Shown piece after piece: positions 44,002 through 52,491 of a DNA stretch of 64,000 bases. The first letter of the stretch is position 1. Each line of letters starts with the position of its first letter. The translations under genes were made by a program, and so were the position numbers. Source of the DNA: Candidatus Staskawiczbacteria bacterium RIFOXYB1_FULL_38_37 (GTDB taxonomy: Bacteria > Patescibacteriota > Minisyncoccia > Minisyncoccales > Staskawiczbacteraceae); NCBI GenBank assembly GCA_001822075.1, contig MHPK01000006.1, forward strand, positions 58,977 through 122,976, in the 5' to 3' direction. A model generated the notes under the pieces. That model made no database searches and had not been told where the DNA came from. It saw only the letters and a list, made by a program, of their open reading frames with translations.

Positions 44002-45750
44002 TTACTCGAGTACTGCTTTTATTCTTCTGACTCCAGAAGAGGAGCTTTCTTCTTTTTGTATTTTAAAATGGCCTAACACTCCGGTTCTTTCAACATGCGG
44101 GCCTCCGCAAATTTCCCGGCTGGCTATATTGTCGCCGGAACCTACAGTATAAACTTTTACATTTTCGCCGTATTTTGACTCAAAAACGCCCATAGCCCCA
44201 AGCTCTTTAGCTTTTCCCAAAGTCATCTCTTCAAATGAAACTGTCAGGTCTTTTTTTATTATACCATTTACAAAATTTTCCACATCTCTTATTTGTTCAC
44301 CAGTCATCTTTTCAGAATGTAAAAAATCAAACCTTAAACGTTCTGCTGTAATGTTGCTTCCTTTCTGCACAACATTTTCGCCTAAAACTTTTCTTAATCC
44401 AGCCAGCATTAAATGAGCAGCTGTGTGTAATTTTGTGGTTTCCAAACTTGCATCAGCCAATCCCCCCTTAAACATTCCTGCCGAAGCTGTTTGCGACAAT
44501 TCCTGATGTTTTTTAAATTCTTCTTTGAATTCTTCAATATTTATTGATATACCTTTTTCTTTTGCCAGCTCTTCTGTAATTTCAATTGGAAAGCCAAATG
44601 ATTGATAAAGTAAAAAAGCATCCTTGCCGGATATTTTATCTAATTTTTCAAATTCCCTTAATCCAATTTCCAAAATTTTTTCAAATTTTTCTTCTTCTGT
44701 TTCAAATTGTTTTAAAATAAAATCTTTTTTATTTTTTATCTCATTATAAAAATCTGCGTAAATTTCTGCTACGGCCGGATAAATTTTAACAATAAAATTT
44801 TCTTTAATTCCCAACTGCTTTCCATATCTTATTGCCCTTCTTATTAATCTTCTTAAAATATATCCCCTGCCCAAATTAGACGGCTCAATTTCAGAAGCTA
44901 AAAGAAAAGCCGACGTTTTAACATGGTCGGCAATAATTCTAAATGCTTTTTTATTTTCCTCGTATTTTTTGCCTGATAATTCTTCAATTTTTTTTATAAT
45001 CGACAAAAATAAATCTGTTTCATAAACATTTTCTTTTCCGTTTAAAACAGCTATTGTTCTTTCCAGTCCCATTCCTGTATCAACATTTTTTTGTTTAGCC
45101 GGAATATATTTTCCGTCTTCTGTTTTTATGTATTGCATAAAAACATCATTCCAAATTTCAACCCAATTTTTATCTTTTGGGTCAAATTCTTCAGGAGCTG
45201 ACGTATCGTTTAATTTCCAATAAAACATTTCTGTATCCGGACCGCATGGCCCTGTTTGCCCGGCAGGCCCCCACCAGTTATCTTCTTTTGGCAAAAAAGC
45301 AATTCTTTCTTTTTTAATTCCCAAACCTTCCCAAATTTCAGCTGACTCTTTGTCTTTTGGCGCGTCGTCATCGCCGGCAAAACAAGACACAGCCAATTTT
45401 TCTGTTGAAATTTTTAATTCTTTGGTTAAAAATTCATAACTCCATTTTATTGCGTCTTCTTTCCAGTAATCTCCCAAAGACCAGTTTCCCAGCATTTCAA
45501 AAAAAGTATTATGAGTATCGTCGCCAACTTCATCAATATCTACTGTTCTTATGCATTTTTGCGCGCTTGTTAATCTTTTTCCTGAAGGATGTTTTTCGCC
45601 CAACAAAAAAGGCACCAAAGGATGCATTCCGGCTGTGGTAAATAAAACAGTCGGGTCGTTTTCTGGAATTAAAGAAGCACTAGGAATTATTTTATGCCCC
45701 TTTTTATTGAAGAATCTCAAGAATAATTTTCTTAACTCAGATGATGTCAT
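44002..45750 (-). CDS. alaS: alanyl-tRNA synthetase, truncated form (catalytic + editing domains, no C-Ala domain)
   Basis: N-terminal FFNKKGH...FTTAGM...WGPAGQTGPCGPDTE. Editing-domain HTAAHLMLAGL and CGGPHV are present. 582 aa against ~870 typical. Confidence 0.85.
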   Translation of the reverse strand: MTSSELRKLFLRFFNKKGHKIIPSASLIPENDPTVLFTTAGMHPLVPFLLGEKHPSGKRLTSAQKCIRTVDIDEVGDDTHNTFFEMLGNWSLGDYWKEDAIKWSYEFLTKELKISTEKLAVSCFAGDDDAPKDKESAEIWEGLGIKKERIAFLPKEDNWWGPAGQTGPCGPDTEMFYWKLNDTSAPEEFDPKDKNWVEIWNDVFMQYIKTEDGKYIPAKQKNVDTGMGLERTIAVLNGKENVYETDLFLSIIKKIEELSGKKYEENKKAFRIIADHVKTSAFLLASEIEPSNLGRGYILRRLIRRAIRYGKQLGIKENFIVKIYPAVAEIYADFYNEIKNKKDFILKQFETEEEKFEKILEIGLREFEKLDKISGKDAFLLYQSFGFPIEITEELAKEKGISINIEEFKEEFKKHQELSQTASAGMFKGGLADASLETTKLHTAAHLMLAGLRKVLGENVVQKGSNITAERLRFDFLHSEKMTGEQIRDVENFVNGIIKKDLTVSFEEMTLGKAKELGAMGVFESKYGENVKVYTVGSGDNIASREICGGPHVERTGVLGHFKIQKEESSSSGVRRIKAVLE

Positions 45751-45959
45751 AAAAATAGAATTATCCTTTGCTTAAAGAAATCCCTGCCTGCCGGCAGGCA
45801 GGTAAATACTTTGTCCTCAATTCTGACGACTTCATGATTTTATAATTTTACATCAAAATTTATTTTCTTGCAACACTCAAAAAACGCCGTTTTCGGCGTG
45901 TTTTAAAATTAGGATATTAAAAATTGATTTAAAATTTAAAATTTAAAATTGAAAATTCA

Positions 45960-46511
45960 TTACGTATACCTATCTGCCACAACTGATGCGGCAAATGACT
46001 GCGGTTTTATGCGCGGTTCAAATCCATTGCTTCTTATTAAGCCAACCACCTCTTTTACCATTTCTTTTGTTTTGCCGTGCTCGCCCACATCAGCATGGAT
46101 ATACTGAAATTGATAATTAAACGATGGTGTAGTATTTGCCCCTGCCTGCCGGCAGGCAGGAAATTCTTTTTCCAAAGTTTCTCTTAAAGACAATGCCAGT
46201 TCGCAAGACAAATAAACTTCCTGTAAAATCCTATTTTTCCAGTTTATGTTTGCAAACTTTTTTAAAAAGTTGTCGGGATAATGCATTTTTTTTAAAAAAA
46301 ATCTGCCGCCAAAGCCTGTTCTTAAAATCACAATAGCTATCGGAAAAAACGGCTTGTCTGATGAGGGTGAATCGCACCCCACCACAATTTCATATTGGGC
46401 ATCTGGAAATTCCTGCATATATCCAAAAATTTCTTTTTTTACCTGGTCAAAGTCTAAATTACCCTTGCTTGGGCTATAAAAATGCCCACTATTTAAAATT
46501 TCGCTACTCAT
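45960..46511 (-). CDS. hypothetical protein (possible RNase-H-like fold); contains a 20-bp palindrome within its coding sequence
   Basis: 183 aa with no firm family. cctgcctgccggcaggcagg at 46142-46161 encodes FPACRQAG. Confidence 0.3.
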   Translation of the reverse strand: MSSEILNSGHFYSPSKGNLDFDQVKKEIFGYMQEFPDAQYEIVVGCDSPSSDKPFFPIAIVILRTGFGGRFFLKKMHYPDNFLKKFANINWKNRILQEVYLSCELALSLRETLEKEFPACRQAGANTTPSFNYQFQYIHADVGEHGKTKEMVKEVVGLIRSNGFEPRIKPQSFAASVVADRYT

Positions 46512-46580
46512 AATACTTGAATATACAAAAAAATACGCTTCTGGTCAAGCCGGGCGTATTTTTGTCAACGGGCATATTTT

Positions 46581-47024
46581 CTAAAATAACTTTTGGGCCG
46601 TACCTTCTGCGTTCAGCGCTTCGTTTACGAGCCGGTCTGCTTCCCTATTTCTTTCGCGGGGTATGTGTTTAAATTTAACTGATTTGAAATCAAATTTTAA
46701 ATTCCAAATTTCTATAAAAAACTGCTGTATTTTTGGGTTTTCAAGCCGGTATTGCCCGTTTAACTGTTTTACAACCAGTTCGGAGTCTGCTCTTAGTTCA
46801 ATTTCTGTGTTTTCAGCCAGCTTTTTTCCAAACAGCGCCTTAAACTTTTTTAAAGCAAAAATAACAGCTGAATATTCGGCCTCATTGTTTGTCATATTAT
46901 CTCCCAGATATTCTCCATATTTTTTGACTTCCTGGTCTTTTTCGTTGCATATTACAACTCCAATGCCGGCTTTTCCCGGATTTCCCCTTGACCCCCCGTC
47001 TGTGTAAATAATAAATTTCTTCAC
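46581..47024 (-). CDS. rnhA: ribonuclease HI (GTG start)
   Basis: KKFIIYTDGGSRGNPGKAGIGVV with the DEDD catalytic pattern. Confidence 0.85.
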   Translation of the reverse strand: MKKFIIYTDGGSRGNPGKAGIGVVICNEKDQEVKKYGEYLGDNMTNNEAEYSAVIFALKKFKALFGKKLAENTEIELRADSELVVKQLNGQYRLENPKIQQFFIEIWNLKFDFKSVKFKHIPRERNREADRLVNEALNAEGTAQKLF

Positions 47025-47128
47025 CCCGTTAGAAGTCTGTTTTATATAGTTTTACAGCTAATTTAAACAGAACTCTGTTAGTTTAACGTCCCCCATTAGT
47101 GCAACGCCATGACTTCTAACGGGGTTCA

Positions 47129-48277
47129 TTAATTGAAGTAATCATTCAGGCATTTTTTAAATTCTTCCAGGTTTTCATTTTTGATGCGGAATCCCGATGC
47201 CTGCGCGTGCCCCCCGTAAGTTAAAAGAAAATCTGAACAGATCTTCATTGCGTCAACTGTATTTGTACCTTTCGGGCTTCTTACAGAACCGCAGGATTCC
47301 TTGTCCATTTTTCTATAAATAAAAGCTGGCTTTGAATATTCCTGTGAAATTATTGAAGCCACGGACCCCGCCAACACCAGCCTCCATGACGGATCTCCTT
47401 CAAAAATAATAGATTCCCCCTCATCTTTTTTTGAAACCCGCCTTTTTATTTCCTCAACTATGCTTTTTATAGTTTGTTGCTTATGTAAATTCTTGTCAAT
47501 TAATTTTTGGGCTATTCTCATGCACTCTTTGGCATCCGGACAAGTCAAAAGAAAATAAGATTCATTTTCAAAGTTTATGCTTTCTGCTGCGTTCAAAGCT
47601 GAAATAATTTTTCCTAAAGCGCCTTCAAAAATCGCTCCTTGGCCAATTATACCAAAAAACGCCCTTAATCCTGGCCTGAAAGTATCTTTTAAGGACCTTA
47701 ATCCCTGTTCTATAATTTTTTGGTTTTCATCAATTTGCGGGACCATATCGGCTATAGTGCCCAAAGCAGCTAACTCCAAAAAACTGTCTTCTAATTTTTT
47801 TGACATATTGTTTCCCAATATTTCTTTGCAAAGTTTAAAGGTTATGCCAACGTTAGCCATGCCTTTAAATGGAAAATCATCTATTTTCTGTTTCGGGTCA
47901 ACTATAATTGAGGCTTCCGGAGCTCCATCCAAAGTTTCGTGATGGTCTACAATTATAACCTCAAAACCCATTTTATTTGCTAATTTTACCTCTTCTATGT
48001 TTCCTATACCAAGGTCTAATGTAATAAAAAGAGCCGGCGCTTTATCTTTAAGCATATTCAAGCCGTTAAGGTTTATGCCATAGCCGTCTTTTTCTCTGTC
48101 AGGAAAAAAGGCGGAGTCAATATGCCCGCCCGAACTTTTAATCGCCTCTTCTAATATGACCACAGAAGAAATCCCATCTAAATCAGAATCTCCGTACAAA
48201 ATAATGCGCTCCTTATTCTGGACCGCTTTCTTGATCCTTTCTGCGGCTTTTTCTATGTTTTTAATTTTATGAATCAT
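47129..48277 (-). CDS. DHH-family phosphoesterase (RecJ/NrnA-like) with DHHA1 domain
   Basis: GDSDLDGISS, IIVDHHE and GGHAQASG (DHHA1 GGH motif). Confidence 0.75.
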   Translation of the reverse strand: MIHKIKNIEKAAERIKKAVQNKERIILYGDSDLDGISSVVILEEAIKSSGGHIDSAFFPDREKDGYGINLNGLNMLKDKAPALFITLDLGIGNIEEVKLANKMGFEVIIVDHHETLDGAPEASIIVDPKQKIDDFPFKGMANVGITFKLCKEILGNNMSKKLEDSFLELAALGTIADMVPQIDENQKIIEQGLRSLKDTFRPGLRAFFGIIGQGAIFEGALGKIISALNAAESINFENESYFLLTCPDAKECMRIAQKLIDKNLHKQQTIKSIVEEIKRRVSKKDEGESIIFEGDPSWRLVLAGSVASIISQEYSKPAFIYRKMDKESCGSVRSPKGTNTVDAMKICSDFLLTYGGHAQASGFRIKNENLEEFKKCLNDYFN

Positions 48278-48772
48278 AATGCAAATCTACAAATCTTATG
48301 CTAATGAATGCGAAAATGCGAATATCGGTTATTCTTTTGCTAAAGAATTTAATATCCTTTTAGGAACTATATATTTTTTTCTAAAATTGACTAAAATTCC
48401 TAGTTTTTTGTTCAAAGCAGTTAAATATCTTTTCACCTGATAATAATCTTCAGTGATGAGTAGTTTTTTAGCTTTTACTTCTAATATTATTTTATCTTCA
48501 ATTAAAAAATCGACTTTATTTCTACCTTCTGCCTCGCCTTCAAAAGCCGGAGGTAAAATTTTTTCTCTTCTGTAATTTATATTTATTTTTTTAAGATAAC
48601 TTTCTATAAGGTCGCAGTATTGTTTTTCATTAAGAAATTGACCTAACTCATTATGAACTGCGAATAGAATCCCATTAATTTTGTAAGATAAATCTGAATA
48701 AATTACTTTTTCCATAAAAATCACATTCGCATTTTTGTAGATTAGCATACCATTCGCCGTATTTGCATTTTA
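48276..48772. mobile_element. family B element split by a GxxExxY gene: candidate autonomous copy (empty copy at 21152-21250)
   Basis: Left half 48276-48323 (ataatgcaaatctacaaatcttatgctaatgaatgcgaaaatgcgaat) and right half 48725-48772 (attcgcatttttgtagattagcataccattcgccgtatttgcatttta) flank ORF 48329..48748. At 21152-21250 the same two halves are contiguous. Confidence 0.65.
48329..48748 (-). CDS. GxxExxY-family protein (PD-(D/E)XK nuclease-like), paralog of 18344..18748
   Basis: GILFAVHNELGQFLNEKQYCDLIESYL...VDFLIEDKIILEVKAKK...KLGILVNF. Confidence 0.65.
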   Translation of the reverse strand: MLIYKNANVIFMEKVIYSDLSYKINGILFAVHNELGQFLNEKQYCDLIESYLKKININYRREKILPPAFEGEAEGRNKVDFLIEDKIILEVKAKKLLITEDYYQVKRYLTALNKKLGILVNFRKKYIVPKRILNSLAKE

Positions 48773-49828
48773 GCTTAATGCTTCAATTCCCGGCAGTTCT
48801 TCTCCAGAAAGATATGCCAACATCGCTCCTCCGCCAGTTGAAATCCAGCTGAACTTATTTATCATACCTTTTTTATTTAAAAATTCAATGGTTTCCCCGC
48901 CCCCCGCAACAGAAAACGCTCTGCTTTCCATTATAGCTTTTGCCAAATCAAACGTTCCCTTTTCATATTTTTTTTCTTCAAACTTGGTAAACGGCCCGTT
49001 CCATAAAACAGTTTTTGCCTGCATTATCTTTTGGCAAAAAACTTTAACAGATTTTTCATCAAGGCCGTAGCTGTCTAAATTATCTTCAGGGCCTATTATT
49101 TTTTCAGCATGCAAAAATTCAACTTTTTTTTCAATGGCCTCTTTTTTGATAGGCCCGCTGATTATAACCCAGTCCGCAATTTCAGAAATTTTATTGATGA
49201 ACTTTACTTTTGTTTCAACTTTTTTCCCGCCAATAAGAACCACCATTGGCCTTTCCGGACTATACAAAACTTTATTCAGATTTTCTATTTCTTTTTGCAA
49301 CAAAAGCCCCGCGCAAGAAGGCAAAAGCTTTGGCAATAAAACTATTGAAACGTGATTTCTATGGCAGACTGAAAAGGCGTCATTTACATAAATGTCGCCC
49401 AAATAAGAAAGTTTTTTAGCGAATTCTTCATCGGCTTGCCCTAAACTTGTTGAATGGGTTTCTTCTTTGTGAAACCTTAAATTTTCAAGCAGTAAAACAT
49501 CTCCCCCCTTCATTGCACTACTTTGGTTTTCAATTTCAGGCCCTATGCAATCGTCAGCCATGGCAACTGGCATATTTAAATGTTCTGACAATTTCTCTGC
49601 AACTTTTCGCAAACTAAATTTAGAATCAGCAACCCCTGTGCCTTCAGGGTCTAAATGGCTCATCAAAATTGCTTTTGCCTTTTCTTTTACCAAATAATTT
49701 ATTGTGGGCAAAGATTTTACAATCCTGAAGTCATCTAAAATTTCTCCGTTGTTATCTACAGGAACATTAAAATCGCACCTCACCAAAACCCGTTTATCTA
49801 TTACGTTAATATCTTTAAGTGTTTTCAT
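48770..49828 (-). CDS. pgk: phosphoglycerate kinase (short form)
   Basis: VLVRCDFNVP...DDFRI...PTI at the N-terminus and STGGGAMLAYLSGEELPGIEAL at the C-terminus. Confidence 0.85.
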   Translation of the reverse strand: MKTLKDINVIDKRVLVRCDFNVPVDNNGEILDDFRIVKSLPTINYLVKEKAKAILMSHLDPEGTGVADSKFSLRKVAEKLSEHLNMPVAMADDCIGPEIENQSSAMKGGDVLLLENLRFHKEETHSTSLGQADEEFAKKLSYLGDIYVNDAFSVCHRNHVSIVLLPKLLPSCAGLLLQKEIENLNKVLYSPERPMVVLIGGKKVETKVKFINKISEIADWVIISGPIKKEAIEKKVEFLHAEKIIGPEDNLDSYGLDEKSVKVFCQKIMQAKTVLWNGPFTKFEEKKYEKGTFDLAKAIMESRAFSVAGGGETIEFLNKKGMINKFSWISTGGGAMLAYLSGEELPGIEALS

Positions 49829-49867
49829 ATATTAATATTATAAAATATCACATTAACTATAAAGTAA

Positions 49868-49892
49868 GTTTTTTTGGCTCGAGACAAAAAAC
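49868..49892. terminator. palindromic hairpin family E (tttttggctcgag[ac]caaaaa)
   Basis: gtttttttggctcgagacaaaaaac. Perfect-palindrome versions at 56877-56910 and 57478-57507. Confidence 0.5.
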
Positions 49893-49939
49893 AGACAATT
49901 TCATATTACTCTTGTTACTCATATTATTTCTAACTTGTG

Positions 49940-50000
49940 CTTCTACTGTCACGTCTCATGTCACGTCTACTGCCAAATGACAGTGAATGTTTTATTTTAA
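49940..50000. promoter_or_regulatory. motif D copy 3 (upstream of pgk, downstream of P3)
   Basis: cttctactgtcacgtctcatgtcacgtctactgccaaatgacagtgaatgttttattttaa. Confidence 0.5.
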
Positions 50001-50025
50001 CATATGTTATTGGCTCAGTCTCATA

Positions 50026-50057
50026 GACGGGTTTTTGCCGAACGGCAAAAACCCGTC
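50026..50057. terminator. palindromic terminator hairpin family F
   Basis: gacgggtttttgccgaacggcaaaaacccgtc, differing at one stem pair from 31036-31067. Confidence 0.6.
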
Positions 50058-50110
50058 TATCTTTATTTTTTTTAGCCTCACGTGAGGGGTAACGTTACTG
50101 GTTACGTAAC

Positions 50111-51772
50111 CTAAGCCACTTCACGCTGGTAGCATTCCATACAGGCTATTTTTTGAAATCCAAGTTCTGGACTATAATAATGTTCAATTTCTTTATTGCA
50201 ATGTGCGCAAATTCCGCACTGCAACTCAACCATATGGCTAAAGGGTTTGTAGTGCTCTTGTGTGCGCCAGTCAAAATGCCTGTTTGGAAGCGGAATACCG
50301 TGCTCTTTATAAAATGCCAGCTCGTCTTTTGTAATATTATAACTTAATTTGGTTTCAGGGCATAAAATACGCTGTTTTGTAATTTCATCTTTTACATCAT
50401 CTATACTATCTGGCAAAGTGTCGGCTGTTATAATGTTTTCGTAATGCGGCTTTGAAGCCTCTTCCCACTTGGCGCCAAACTGAAGGGCTTCTGTTTTTGT
50501 CATGGGAAACTGCATGTGAGCCAAAGAAAGGTTGTATCCGGAATATGCGGCTGAGAGCGGCCAAAGCCTTCCCCACTCTCCATTTTTTTTCATATCGCTC
50601 TTAATTTTTTCAACCAAACTCTCATATTCTTCTTTTGTATATTGTTTGTTCAAAACACAATATTTCTTTTTTCGTAAACCCACACAACCAAAACAATATT
50701 CAGATTCCTCGCAAAAGTCTAAATAGCTACTATAACGACAATTAGTAGTGTAAAGATTGCATAGGTTGCCGTACGCGAACTGGTCCGACGACCCAAAAGC
50801 GCACTTCTCGCTTTTAAGAGCGCCCACCGAATCAATGATTTCTTTATTCTGAAAACCTCTAAAAACGTAATGGCAATTTTCCGATTCTTCAAGAAAATAA
50901 CATTGATGGCAATTTTTATCATTCGTGATAAGGTTTCCTGTGGAATTCACCGTCTGAACATTATAATTCTGTCGGTGCACAGCATCCTGTTGGATATGCT
51001 TCCAAAATTCTTTTTTTAATTTTTCAACAGATGCTCGCGATTTTAGGTTATATTCTTCAAGCTTTTTCTCGTATTCTTCTTTGGAATATGGCTGGTTTAA
51101 AATATGGTATTTTTTATTTTTTAGATTCCAGCACATAAAACAGTTTTGGCAGTTTCGGCAGTCATATAAAAATAAGCTGTCAATGCAGTCGCGGGAATTA
51201 AAAGAATATTTTAGGTTGTAACTTTTGAAACAAAACAGGCAATCGTATGAACGCTCCAGGTCAAAAGAATAAGTTACATCAATACATTTTTTACAATTTG
51301 CTAAACGATATCCATAGATGATTGACTCAATGCGAAAAGCGGAGCGCGTAAGGTGTGCGTCTTTTGATTCCCACAAATCATCGGCCCAATCACAATTAGT
51401 ATTTTTTGTGCCGACTTGGTGAGGGTGCGGAACTTTCGATTGCAGCTCAACAAGCTGGTCAATAAATAAACGCGAGGCATCATAGTCTTTTCCATATGTG
51501 AGCGGGTCCCAGGCATCGGATACAAATTCGTTCCTTTCATAAATGGGGAAAGGAACTGATTCTGGCAGAACCGTTATAATTGTTTTGCCGCTCAAGGCCG
51601 ATTTGCCAATTCTAAATCTCCCAAACACCCAAAAAGCCAAAAGATATTTAAAGCGGCAACTGGGGCACATGGTGGGCATGGGCAAATCCATCTTTTTGTA
51701 AAGGGAAATATCATCTGAATAGATGACAAAATCTTGATTACACTTTTGGCATTGTTTGGTTTCGGTATGCAT
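50111..51772 (-). CDS. cysteine-rich multi-zinc-ribbon protein, paralog P3 (most divergent)
   Basis: 553 aa. N-terminus CQKCNQDFVIYSDD...CPSCR, internal CVLNKQYTKEEYE module, C-terminus IACMECYQREVA. Confidence 0.55.
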   Translation of the reverse strand: MHTETKQCQKCNQDFVIYSDDISLYKKMDLPMPTMCPSCRFKYLLAFWVFGRFRIGKSALSGKTIITVLPESVPFPIYERNEFVSDAWDPLTYGKDYDASRLFIDQLVELQSKVPHPHQVGTKNTNCDWADDLWESKDAHLTRSAFRIESIIYGYRLANCKKCIDVTYSFDLERSYDCLFCFKSYNLKYSFNSRDCIDSLFLYDCRNCQNCFMCWNLKNKKYHILNQPYSKEEYEKKLEEYNLKSRASVEKLKKEFWKHIQQDAVHRQNYNVQTVNSTGNLITNDKNCHQCYFLEESENCHYVFRGFQNKEIIDSVGALKSEKCAFGSSDQFAYGNLCNLYTTNCRYSSYLDFCEESEYCFGCVGLRKKKYCVLNKQYTKEEYESLVEKIKSDMKKNGEWGRLWPLSAAYSGYNLSLAHMQFPMTKTEALQFGAKWEEASKPHYENIITADTLPDSIDDVKDEITKQRILCPETKLSYNITKDELAFYKEHGIPLPNRHFDWRTQEHYKPFSHMVELQCGICAHCNKEIEHYYSPELGFQKIACMECYQREVA

Positions 51773-51781
51773 ATTTTTATC

Positions 51782-52108
51782 TTAAAATCGGTTTAAATTT
51801 GCGACGTAGTTAAAACAATAGAAGTAGTTATTCCATTTCTCGTCACTTGAACCATAAATATTATCAAAACAAAAATAATCTGACAATGCTTCTCGGACTC
51901 GCAAAAGTTCCTTCAATCTTTTTCTATTTTTCGGATCTTCTATTGTTAAATCAAGCAGCTCCAGCCCTCGTTCAAAAAAGGCGACGCCTTCTTTTTTGCT
52001 TTTTTTATTCCAATTTATGGCTCTGCCAATTTCAGCTCCAATATTTGCCATTTGTTCCACTAGCGAAAATTTAAACCATCTGTTTTTAAATTCTTTATTA
52101 AAAATCAT
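51782..52108 (-). CDS. hypothetical protein
   Basis: 108 aa. Overlaps the upstream gene by 4 nt, so probably translationally coupled within the ATPase operon. Confidence 0.35.
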   Translation of the reverse strand: MIFNKEFKNRWFKFSLVEQMANIGAEIGRAINWNKKSKKEGVAFFERGLELLDLTIEDPKNRKRLKELLRVREALSDYFCFDNIYGSSDEKWNNYFYCFNYVANLNRF

Positions 52109-52491
52109 TTTTGCACCAGCTTATTAATAATTTTTAATATTTTTTCTCTAATCTCGGCGCTATCGATTCCTCTTGTGCGGTTTCCAAGACCAGGCTTTAA
52201 ATTGATCATAGAATCAAATTCAACAAAATCATCTTCGGATTTTGCCGGCCATATATTGACTCCCCAAAGATTTTTTGGCTCAGAATTTTCTTTTTCAATC
52301 AAAACTTGCTCCAAATCAATGTGCATTTCCGCATCTACTGCCATAATTTCTTTTTCTATATCAACAACTGCCTTAACTAAATTTTCATACATTCTTTTTG
52401 CCATTTCTTTTAATTCCAGAATTGATATTTTATCTGCCCCGTTTTTTTCAGGGTCTTTTACAACTTTCATAAAATTTTTTGAGATAATCAA
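52105..52491 (-). CDS. hypothetical acidic protein
   Basis: 128 aa. Overlaps the ATPase stop by 4 nt. Confidence 0.35.
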   Translation of the reverse strand: MIISKNFMKVVKDPEKNGADKISILELKEMAKRMYENLVKAVVDIEKEIMAVDAEMHIDLEQVLIEKENSEPKNLWGVNIWPAKSEDDFVEFDSMINLKPGLGNRTRGIDSAEIREKILKIINKLVQK

